Positions 52,233-62,000 of a stretch of DNA of 64,000 nucleotides are shown piece by piece (the first letter of the stretch is position 1; the number at the start of each line of letters is the position of its first letter). Below the pieces are notes generated by a model, which had not been told where the DNA came from, did no database searches, and saw nothing but the letters and a program-made list of their open reading frames with translations. The DNA comes from a candidate division FCPU426 bacterium. GTDB taxonomy: Bacteria > Oederibacteriota > Muellerivitia > Muellerivitales > Muellerivitaceae. The position numbers and the translations under genes are program-made. The DNA lies in contig CAWCKJ010000007.1 in assembly GCA_963796105.1 (NCBI GenBank), positions 134,662-198,661 on the forward strand, read 5' to 3'.

Positions 52233-52553
52233 ATGGTCATGCCATATGTGATAACCGAAAAATGCCTGGGTGAGGTTTACGCGCAATGCGTGGATGTTTG
52301 CCCCGTGAACTGCATTCATCCCGGCCAATACCTGGAACAGCCCTTCATGGTCATCGACCCTGAGGAATGCACCGAATGCACAAGCTGTTACTCCGCCTGT
52401 CCCATCGGGGCCATTGTGGAAAGCGCGGATGTGGATCCGAAATACGCCAAGATCAACGCGGAGCTCGCGCCATCCTTCAAAAATAATTCCCCGGTCCAAT
52501 CCAGGCCGTCGAATGACCCGCCCAAGCGGTCCGTAAATAAATTGGTCAATTGA
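52233..52553 (+). CDS. Ferredoxin (dicluster, 7Fe-like)
   Basis: CVDVCPVNCI and CTECTSCYSACP. Confidence 0.9.
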   Translation: MVMPYVITEKCLGEVYAQCVDVCPVNCIHPGQYLEQPFMVIDPEECTECTSCYSACPIGAIVESADVDPKYAKINAELAPSFKNNSPVQSRPSNDPPKRSVNKLVN

Positions 52554-52606
52554 ACCGTGAACGGAGAAAATTCGAGCCATCCATTCCGGAAAAAGGAAGG
52601 TGGGAA

Positions 52607-53212
52607 ATGAAAAAATTCCTCGGATTTTTGTCCTTGGTTTTAATCCTGCCGGCCGCGCCGGCCCTGGCGGGCGTGTTCGAGGACTGGGCGAATATCTTGG
52701 TGGATCATAACACCGCGGCCTACACCGACGAATACGGTTCCAAGATCGATATTGGGATGGATGATGGCCCTGGCGGCTCAAAAGCCCTCAAGCTAACCGC
52801 CGACCTGGTCCAGGGCGGTCACGGTGGAATTTGGCGCAACCTCTCGGTGGATTTATCCAAATCTACCGCTTTGAGATTCCAAATTAAAACGTCGGTGCTG
52901 GGTGAAATGAGGATGACCTTGAAAGACGCGTTTAACGTCCAATATGTGGCGGATTTCCAGATTCCCACCCAGGGCGGTACCTATTCCTGGGAGGAGGTAA
53001 CCCTTCTGCTTTCCTCTTTCAACAAGGACCCCGACTATACCCCCCCTGACGCCATCCCAGGCCATCCCCCGGATTTTTCCAATATCACCCGAATGAAATT
53101 TGAGCCGAAAATAACGGGACCCGTGGTGATTGAGGTGGGTCCTGTTGAGGCCGACGGTAGCGCGGTTCCCCTTACGGCTGGCAATGCGCCTGTAACCGCT
53201 GGAGGTAAATAG
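52607..53212 (+). CDS. Secreted CBM11/CIA30-like carbohydrate-binding protein
   Basis: Signal peptide MKKFLGFLSLVLILPAAPALA; DLSKSTALRFQIK...WEEVTLLLSSF. Confidence 0.65.
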   Translation: MKKFLGFLSLVLILPAAPALAGVFEDWANILVDHNTAAYTDEYGSKIDIGMDDGPGGSKALKLTADLVQGGHGGIWRNLSVDLSKSTALRFQIKTSVLGEMRMTLKDAFNVQYVADFQIPTQGGTYSWEEVTLLLSSFNKDPDYTPPDAIPGHPPDFSNITRMKFEPKITGPVVIEVGPVEADGSAVPLTAGNAPVTAGGK

Positions 53213-53290
53213 GAAGTTATTTCGGCGAAGCGAACCAGGGTTTCTATCACGCCGGAAAAATTCCAAAGTCAAACAAAACGATCTTGTGAA

Positions 53291-53791
53291 TCAAAATAAA
53301 TTTTCTTCCCGGAAATCCGAGAACTTGCCCGTTTGGACGTCGTAGTTCAAGGAAAATGCGGTTACTTCAACGCCCGGGGTCGCCTGGATCTTGCTTCTTT
53401 TCCATTTCCCGTGGCCGTAATGAAAGAACACGGCGAGGATTTTCCTCCCGTGTATATAAAACCCGGAATACTCGCGGTAGTATTTTGGCAATTCGCCGGA
53501 AAAATTCTCGGCATCGATTTTCGACAGGACATACTTCGGCAAACCTTTTTCAAGCCTTGCCACCTCATTCTTCGAGGGTTTCCAACAAGTCCCCTTGGCA
53601 ATACCGGCATTGCCGCAATCCTGGATGAAGCCCTGGTAATTCCGGCCTAAAACTCCGCCTCTTGCCTCAAAACTCGGGTTTTCCTCGGGGATGGGGGCGG
53701 TGAATTTGATTTGCGCGAATGAGTCCGACGCGGGCAAAACGAATAATATCGGCAGCAGGATTAAAAACCGGGAACTTATCCTTAGGTTCAT
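53291..53791 (-). CDS. Secreted hypothetical protein
   Basis: Signal peptide ending SFA; WKPSKNEVARLE...YYREYSG. Confidence 0.7.
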   Translation of the reverse strand: MNLRISSRFLILLPILFVLPASDSFAQIKFTAPIPEENPSFEARGGVLGRNYQGFIQDCGNAGIAKGTCWKPSKNEVARLEKGLPKYVLSKIDAENFSGELPKYYREYSGFYIHGRKILAVFFHYGHGKWKRSKIQATPGVEVTAFSLNYDVQTGKFSDFREENLF

Positions 53792-53952
53792 AATTCACCA
53801 TTTCTTGACCGCAATTGGTTCTTGACCAATTCTTTATAAATCTTAAGTAACTTCCAGGCTGGATTTCAAGGAGGCCGCCCCTGGCCAGCCATGCCATAAC
53901 GTTTTGGCAATAGGGGACGAAAAGGCCAAAACAATAAACTTCGGGGCCCATC

Positions 53953-53981
53953 TTGACGTTGAAATTAGAAATAACTAACTT
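53953..53981 (+). promoter_or_regulatory. Sigma70-type promoter implying a leaderless transcript for LRI leader 5
   Basis: TTGACG-17 nt-TAACTT, then 6 nt to ATG 53988; no SD. Confidence 0.55.
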
Positions 53982-53987
53982 AAAAAC

Positions 53988-54347
53988 ATGTTAATCAGGT
54001 GGAGATTTTACAACCGGCTTACCCTCATTTGCCTGCTGACGGCTGCGCTGTCCACTTTAGCGGGCCGCTCGTTTTTAGTATTTGCCCAGCATTTATCAGC
54101 GCCTATTTCCGCGCTCACTCATACCGGCGGGGGCCAATCCCGCCACATCCCCGGAAATTTTAACCGCGCATTGGAGTCGCCAACCCAATGGGAAAATAAT
54201 AGGTACCACGTTTCGCTCTTGGCTCAATCCGCCCTTTCAGGAAATCAGAAACTCCCATGCTCCTTTAAATTTTCAAGTCCCAGCATTCATCACCATCCGC
54301 ATTTGGCCGCTTTTCCTTCCGGCTTCTCAGTTTCCCTTCGAATTTAA
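53988..54347 (+). CDS. LRI-ending leader peptide 5
   Basis: 119 aa, signal-like N-terminus, HHHPH, ends PSGFSVSLRI*. Confidence 0.72.
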   Translation: MLIRWRFYNRLTLICLLTAALSTLAGRSFLVFAQHLSAPISALTHTGGGQSRHIPGNFNRALESPTQWENNRYHVSLLAQSALSGNQKLPCSFKFSSPSIHHHPHLAAFPSGFSVSLRI

Positions 54348-54443
54348 TTTCCCCCGCGAATTTACTCCCGGCTGCCGTTAGCCGCCGGTATTCCCACATC
54401 CATTTTCCAATGGAATAAATCATTCAAACTTGCGCGGAGGAAA
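54348..54443 (+). promoter_or_regulatory. Anti-SD/SD structure after LRI leader 5
   Basis: UUUCCCCCGCG directly after the stop pairs 10/11 with CGCGGAGGAAA (RBS of ATG 54448). Confidence 0.7.
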
Positions 54444-54447
54444 TCAA

Positions 54448-54741
54448 ATGAATCAAAAAATCGAAGTCACCAATACCTCGGAACTCTACCTGAAATTCCT
54501 AAGCGATATTCAGACGGTAGCGTGCCGCTTTGAATCCCGTATTACCATCCAAAAAGGGGAGGTTACGGTGAACGCCAAAAATTTCGAGGAAATTTTGAAA
54601 TTAATCGGAACCAAGGGTACCAAGCTTGAAATCACCGTCGAGGGTAAGGACGCCAAAAAAGCCCTGGCCGCCATATGCCGTTTGGCGGAGCAAAATTATC
54701 TCAGGTTAAATCACGAGCTTTTATTCCAAAACAATAACTAA
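54448..54741 (+). CDS. Degenerate HPr-fold protein
   Basis: HPr pattern (FESRITIQKG...VNAK...GTKLEITVEGKDA), but His15 is Tyr (ELYLK) and Ser46 is Asn (NAKNF). Confidence 0.8.
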   Translation: MNQKIEVTNTSELYLKFLSDIQTVACRFESRITIQKGEVTVNAKNFEEILKLIGTKGTKLEITVEGKDAKKALAAICRLAEQNYLRLNHELLFQNNN

Positions 54742-54814
54742 CAGGCGGAAACGACTTTGGGCGGGGTACTGAATTAAATTCGTTTTTTAAATACGCATTT
54801 TTGGGGGGTGGACG

Positions 54815-55576
54815 ATGAAAAAGAGTTCATGCTTTGCATTCACGCTTGTTTTAGGGCTCCTAACCTCCTTGGGTTGCGGGAGCAAGGATGAGGATGAATT
54901 AGGCGGTGGAAACGTACCAGCGGTCACTGCCCAAATGGGGACGGCTGTCATTGGCGGAAAAGTGGTTTTGAACGGCAAGCCCCCGGCAGGGGTACCCATC
55001 AATTTCGCCGCGGACCCCGTTTGCATGTCCCAACACTCGGGTAAAGTTTTGGACGAAACAGTCCAGGTGGATAAAAAAAACGACTTGGTCAACGTGCTGG
55101 TTTATGTTAAGGACGGCGCGGCTGAGTATCCGGCACCTTCCGGGGCGGTTACCCTCACCCAAAAGGGTTGCCAATATAGCCCCCACGTTTTCGGCATCCA
55201 GGTCAACCAACCGTTGGAGATCGTCAATGATGATCCTACCCTCCACAACGTTCACGCGATGCCGGTCACAAACGACGCCTTCAACGTTGGCCAGCCCAGC
55301 CGGGGAATGAAAACAGAGAAGAAATTCGCCAAACCCGAGGTCCCGGTAAAGTTTAAATGCGACGTGCACAGCTGGATGCACTGCGTCGCCGGGGTTTTCA
55401 CCCATCCTTTCTACGCGGTGACGGGTGCGGACGGGACATTTAAGATCACCGGCCTTCCGGCCGGCAGTTACACTTTGGCGGCGTACCAGGAAAAATACGG
55501 TGAATCCGCCCCCTCAAAGGTGGATTTGAAAGACGGGGAAACGAAATCATTGGATTTCGCGTTTAATGCCCAATAA
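54815..55576 (+). CDS. Lipoprotein with cupredoxin-like and carboxypeptidase-regulatory-like domains
   Basis: Lipobox SLGC; QKGCQYSPHV, LHNVH, KCDVHSWM, GTFKITGLPAGSYTL. Confidence 0.75.
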   Translation: MKKSSCFAFTLVLGLLTSLGCGSKDEDELGGGNVPAVTAQMGTAVIGGKVVLNGKPPAGVPINFAADPVCMSQHSGKVLDETVQVDKKNDLVNVLVYVKDGAAEYPAPSGAVTLTQKGCQYSPHVFGIQVNQPLEIVNDDPTLHNVHAMPVTNDAFNVGQPSRGMKTEKKFAKPEVPVKFKCDVHSWMHCVAGVFTHPFYAVTGADGTFKITGLPAGSYTLAAYQEKYGESAPSKVDLKDGETKSLDFAFNAQ

Positions 55577-56055
55577 CTTTCCCCAAGTGGAGTCATGAAC
55601 AATATTCGAATTACATTCCAAAAACCAATACCACTTATATGTTTCTAACTATTTCCGCCATTAATTTCGGGCTCGATTTTTCCACGGGAACCTAGCCAAG
55701 GGAATTAAAGTCGCGGATTAAAGACTCTAGGACAAATGGGAAGAAGCGAATTCGGAAGAGCAAGGGATTTTTTTTGAAATAATTTGCCACGGCTTTGCCA
55801 CAAGATGATCGGGAATTCAATCGGGGGGTTGAAGAAGAAGTAGAAAGATCGGCTGGAATAAGTCTGTCAAGCCTTAATCAAGCCCTGACCCTAACGTCTC
55901 TTCAAGCTGGTTATTGAGACCTCAATTATCGGTCAAGCCTAAATTTGAGAGGTTTAAATTCAGATTAAGGAACCCCTAGCCCCACGGGGGTACTAACCCA
56001 GGCAAGCAAAGACCCGATATTGAAAGTTTAAAAACCCCATAGGAAACAAGAAAGT

Positions 56056-59000
56056 TTAATGAATGACTGCAACTTTCCCGGTTTTCGTCGTTATTGAGGT
56101 CCCATCATCCATCCGCAGGACATAGATGTACAAACCGGTGGCCACTGTTTCGTTGGCTTTGTTTTTGAGATTCCATGTAAGTCGGGTTGTTCCCTCGGCG
56201 CCTTGTGTATGGGCCTGATAGACACTTTCACCCATGATGGTATATAGGGAAAGTTGGATTTCGTTTGGTTTGTCCAATTTTACGATGAATTGTACCAGTT
56301 CCCCGTTCCGTGAAATGTTTGGAGCCGCTATCACAGAGGATGATTTTAGGATTTCCATTGTAGGCGTGGCTGTGAACCGATCTGACACGATGTCCGAGGA
56401 TAATTCCGCGCCTTTCCCGGCGGGGGTACAGGTGGGCAGGGGCCTGCAGGATGGAGGTACCCCACCCGAGGCCGTCACCAGGTTTCCTTTAAGGTAGATG
56501 GCGTAATGGGTATTGGCGGTATAAGTCTGGGCCGTCAAGCACGGGCTATACCAAAAGCTTGTACCAGGCGAGAAATTCGCGTAATCCGTCCGATGTACGG
56601 TTGTTTGAATACCCACCCAGCTTACTCCGCCAGTTATAACAGTATTATCTGTGTTGGAAACTGTGAATTCCCAGTTGGCCTGGTGATTCGGATCAGGACC
56701 ACAGGCCGGGGTGAAATGGATTGCCGATAGAGTGGCACCCGGCACCTGATGGAAACAGCTCGGGTTCATCAAACAGCCACCATAATTAACCGTACCCGTC
56801 AAACTAACCCCAGAAGTATCATCCGCCCAGAATTTGATTGTGATATCCGAAAGTGTTACCGCCGATCCATTGTTGATAATTTCAAAAGTATCCAAAACTT
56901 GGTTATCAACACAGGCGCTTGTAAGTTCATATAACTTTAGATTGGCCGAACTGGTCCCGCAAGGAGAAGTGGGCGAAGGAATCGGTGTGAGGGTGTAAGT
57001 CCGGGTTGGCGGGGGGGTTATAGTAAGAGTAATAGTGTTCGTAGCGGTTTTAGTTGCGGTATTCGTGGGTGTTTTAGCAAGCGGTGCTGTCGGAGTTGGC
57101 GTATTAGTGCGTGTCGGGGTGGGTGTCGGAGTAGGCGTGGTGGTATTCGTAAATGAGTTGGTTGGAGTCGGAGTTTTGGTGGAGGTGGCAGTGTGGGTAG
57201 GCACCGCGCAGGTACAACTGGAAGTCGGGGTGACCGTGTTGAACGGGGTATTCGTTGGGGTAATTGTCGGGGTACGAGTCACCGTCGGTGTGTTAGTGAA
57301 GGTGCTCGTGGAAGTATTGGTGGGCGTTAGGGTAAGCGCGTTAGTTGGAGTCAAGGTCGGAGTTGAAGTCGGCGAGGGGGTGGGGGTGTTGGAGAGCGTA
57401 GGCGTGTTGGTATTGCTGGGGGAAGCCGTGGAAGTAGATGTCAATGCCGGGGTGGGCGTTGGTGTGGCCACGGGTCCCTGTACGACAAGACGGTAATCGG
57501 CGCTCGGGGCGTTGTCCGAAGCCGCGAAAACCACCACGGTATATTGGGTCCCGCCTGTTAATCCCGCGGTCACTTGGTCCAAGGGATCGTTCCCGGCGGA
57601 ACTGATCACCAGGTTATTGTTGGAATCAAACAAGTCAAAAGACACGCGGGCCTTGCCCGTGCCGTCGTCAAAGCAGTCCAGTGAGACCACATAAGCCCCG
57701 CTGGTCCCTGCCGTGAAACTCCAGCTGTTCGTGTACTCAAAATCGTACTCCACGTGGCCCGTTCCCACGGCGTCCACCCCGCCCATGACCATCCCCAGGC
57801 TGTTGGGACCGCTGGGGGCTCCTAAGGCCGCCGGCGTTGAAATGGGGGTCAGTGAGCAGGCAGGGGTGAACGTCGAAAGGCCAAGGCTGAAAGGACCGTA
57901 ATCCCCCGGCCCGTACCCGTCCACGATCACATAATAAGTGCCGGGCTGGAGGATACCTGTCACCAGGGAGGAGGAAGTCCTGTTACAAAAGGCCGAATCG
58001 TCGTCCAGTGCAATAGTTGTGCTGGGATCGGTGGGATTCGACCTCAAATAAAGAACCGAGTCGAACTGCACCCCGCAAAGATTAATGAAAAGGCTCTTGG
58101 GATTTGTAAGCGTGAATTGATAAACAATATCCGGGGCGCTAAGACCATAGGTGACGGACCCATCTGGGATTGCTTGGCTGTTGCTGTCAGGTAGGTTTGT
58201 CGTATCCCCCGTCACGGGCGCGCCGTTAATATATGAGGAAATGTCCTGCGCGGTAACCGGTGTGGTCGTAATAGTGGGGGTAGTGGTCGCGGCCGCGGGA
58301 ACACCGATTGTCCAAACCGAAAAGTGGTTCGTCACCACCGTCAGGGTGTCATTCCCTTCATTTAAGTTCGCGGAAACGGTCACCCATGCGGAACTGGCGG
58401 TGTCGTAATAAAACACCTGTAATTGGTTGGCGTTATCACCCGTGGGTATCAGTGAGGGGTTGTAGGTAAACACGAGGGTGACGGAGTTGCTAAAAGTGGC
58501 TCCGGCAGAAGAAGTGAAAGAATATATGTTCCCCATAACTTGGTAGCCGGAAGAAAGAGGTATTCCAAGAGCCGCTGTTTCGGAGATAGAGATAGTCGTA
58601 TCCGTGGTGACCGCGCCCGCCGGGATATCCACGCCCGTTCCATTGCTTAGGAATACTGTGGCGGGTGCCGAAGCGGTGACAGCCTGCGAGACCGTTTCAA
58701 TAGGAGTAGACGTCGGTGTAATGGTCGCGGTCAGCGTAAGGGTCACGTTAGGCGTATGGGTCGGCTTTGCGTTTACGCTTTGGCCGGGGATCGGGACCGC
58801 CATAGTTGCTGTCGGAGTGGCGGTCATCGTGGGAGTGGACGAAGGGGTGGGGGTAAAGGTCGACGTCGGGATTACACTGCCGGTAATTTGCACGTCATCC
58901 AGGTAAATGTTGCCCACCGCACCGGCCGCTAGATTGTCTAACTGAAAGCCTAACACTAGAACCTGTGTGCTGTTTTCTCCCGAGTTGCTCCAGGTCGGCG

Positions 59001-62000
59001 TGAATGTCACCGGAAACCATCCCCCCAATACCGGAATATTCGTCCAGGCGGATTCCCAGTAATACCCTGATCCACTTTGCACGAATAACTGGCCCCCGGG
59101 GCTGCCCCCATTGGACAAGCTTGGATCAACATAAACCCACGCTGTGATAGTCTTACCGGTCAAATCCTGGGGTGGATTAAAAGGAAGATCGAACTGCATT
59201 GTGCCATTGGACGGGCTTCCGGATACCGATGCAAACATGGCTCCCGGACTGCCGTTATGCGTTTGCGTTCCGGTGATCCCCCAATTGGCCACTGTGACAC
59301 CGCTATAAGAATCAACCCTCCAGCAATTCAAACTGCCGTTGAAGTCATAGAGGGGCAGCACGCTCGACGCCGAGCAGGGGGTGGCTGTGATGGTAGGGGT
59401 TCCAGTGGCTGTGGGAAGGGTTCCCGTAGCGGTGGCTGTGAAAGTCGGGGTGGATGTAGGGGTGGAAGTCGGAGTAGAAGTCATGATTACACTGCCGGTA
59501 ATTTGCACGTCATCCAGGTAAATGTTGCCCACCGCACCGGCCGCTAGATTGTCTAACTGAAAGCCTAACACTAGAACCTGTGTGCTGTTTTCTCCCGAGT
59601 TGCTCCAGGTCGGCGTGAATGTCACCAGAAACCATCCCCCCAATACCGGAATATTCGTCCAGGCGGATTCCCAGTAATACCCTGATCCACTTTGCACGAA
59701 TAACTGGCCCCCGGGGCTGCCCCCATTGGACAAGCTTGGATCAACATAAACCCACGCTGTGATAGTCTTACCGGTCAAATCCTGGGGTGGATTAAAAGGA
59801 AGATCGAACTGCATTGTGCCATTGGACGGGCTTCCGGATACCGATGCAAACATGGCTCCCGGACTGCCGTTATGCGTTTGCGTTCCGGTGATCCCCCAAT
59901 TGGCCACTGTGACACCGCTATAAGAATCAACCCTCCAGCAATTCAAACTGCCGTTGAAGTCATAGAGGGGCAGCACGCTCGACGCCGAGCAGGGGGTGGC
60001 TGTGATGGTAGGGGTTCCAGTGGCTGTGGGAAGGGTTCCCGTAGCGGTGGCTGTGAAAGTCGGGGTGGATGTAGGGGTGGAAGTCGGAGTAGAAGTCATG
60101 ATTACACTGCCGGTAATTTGCACGTCATCCAGGTAAATGTTGCCCACCGCACCGGCCGCTAGATTGTCTAACTGAAAGCCTAACACTAGAACCTGTGTGC
60201 TGTTTTCTCCCGAGTTGCTCCAGGTCGGCGTGAATGTCACCAGAAACCATCCCCCCAATACCGGAATATTCGTCCAGGCGGATTCCCAGTAATACCCTGA
60301 TCCACTTTGCACAAATAACTGGCCCCCGGGGCTGCCCCCATTGGACAAGCTTGGATCAACATAAACCCACGCTGTGATAGTCTTACCGGTCAAATCCTGG
60401 GGTGGATTAAAAGGAAGATCGAACTGCATTGTGCTATTGGACGGGCTTCCGGATACCGATGCAAACATGGCTCCCGGACTGCCGTTATGCGTTTGCGTTC
60501 CGGTGATCCCCCAATTGGCCACTGTGACACCGCTATAAGAATCAACCCTCCAGCAATTCAAACTGCCGTTGAAGTCATAGAGGGGCAGCACGCTCGACGC
60601 CGAGCAGGGGGTGGCTGTGGGGGCAGGAGTGATTGTGTTTGTCGGGGTGGGGGTTACGTACACACCCTGGACCACCAAGTGGTAATCAGAGCTCGGGGCG
60701 TTGTCCGAGGGGGAATACACCACGACCGTATACACCATCCCTGCGATCAATCCCGCCGATACCTGGTCCAAGGGGTCGTTCCCGGCGGAGCTGATCACCA
60801 AGTTATTATTGAAATCATATACGTCAAATGCCGCGCGGGCCTTACCCGTGCCATCATCGAAGCAGTCCAGCGATATAAGGTACGATTCACTTGTCCCTGC
60901 CGTGAAACTCCAGCTGTTCGTGTACTCAAAATCGTACTCCACATGCCCGGAACCCACGGCGTCCGAACCTGCCTGCACTGTCCCCAGGGAATTTGATCCA
61001 TTAGGGGAAGCCAAAGCTACGGGTGTTGACACAGGGGTCAATGTGCAGGTTGGATTAAACGTCGTTAGGCTTAGGTTGAAAGGCCCGTAATCCCCCGGCC
61101 CGTACCCGTCCACGATCACGTAATAGGTGCCAGGCTGGAGAACTCCCGTCACCAGGGAGGAGGAAGTCGCGTTACAAAAGGCCGAATCGTCGTCCAGCAC
61201 AATAGTGGTACTGGGATCGGTGGGATTAGTTCTCAAGTAAAGCACTGAGTCGAATGATGCTCCGCAGAGGTTGATAAAGAGGTTGGTGGATTGTGTCAGG
61301 CTGAACGAGTAAGCGATATCCGGAGCTCCGACCCCATAGGTGACGGACCCGTCGGGGATCGTTTGGCTGTAATTATCATTCAGGTATGTCGTATCCCCCG
61401 TCACGGGCGCGCCGTTGATATATGAGGAAATGTCCTGCGCGGTAACCGGTGTGGTCGTAATAGTGGGGGTAGCGGTCGCGGCCGCGGGAACACCGATTGT
61501 CCAAACCGAGAAGTGGTTCGTCACCACCGTCAGGGTGTCATTCCCTTCATTTAAGTTCGCGGAAACGGTCACCCATGCGGAACTGGCGGTGTCGTAATAA
61601 AACACCTGTAATTGGTTGGCGTTATCACCCGTGGGTATCAGTGAGGGGTTGTAGGTAAACACGAGGGTGACGGAGTTGCTAAAAGTGGCTCCGGCAGAAG
61701 AAGTGAAAGAATATATGTTCCCCATAACTTGGTAGCCGGAAGAAAGAGGTATTCCAAGAGCCGCTGTTTCGGAGATAGAGATAGTCGTATCCGTGGTGAC
61801 CGCGCCCGCCGGGATATCCACGCCCGTTCCACTGCTCAAAGTCACGGCCGCTGAAGCAAAGGCACTGACGGCCTCCGAGACCGTTTCAATGGGAGTAGGT
61901 GTTGGTGTAAGGGTAGCGGTTAAGATAAGGGTCGAACGGGGGGTATTGGTCGCCTTGGGATAAACCCTTGGAGTCGGGGTTGGGGTGGCTGTCACAGTGG

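Noticed and set aside
39799..54347. Assigning the LRI leaders to SecM, ApdA/ApdP or DUF2946/CruR
   Set aside because: No RAGP/RAPP/RGPP ending and no CxxC; the analogy is architectural only
55783..55803. TTTGCCAC direct repeat as an integrase arm site marking an island end
   Set aside because: Only two short copies, with no integrase, tRNA or matching partner site in the window
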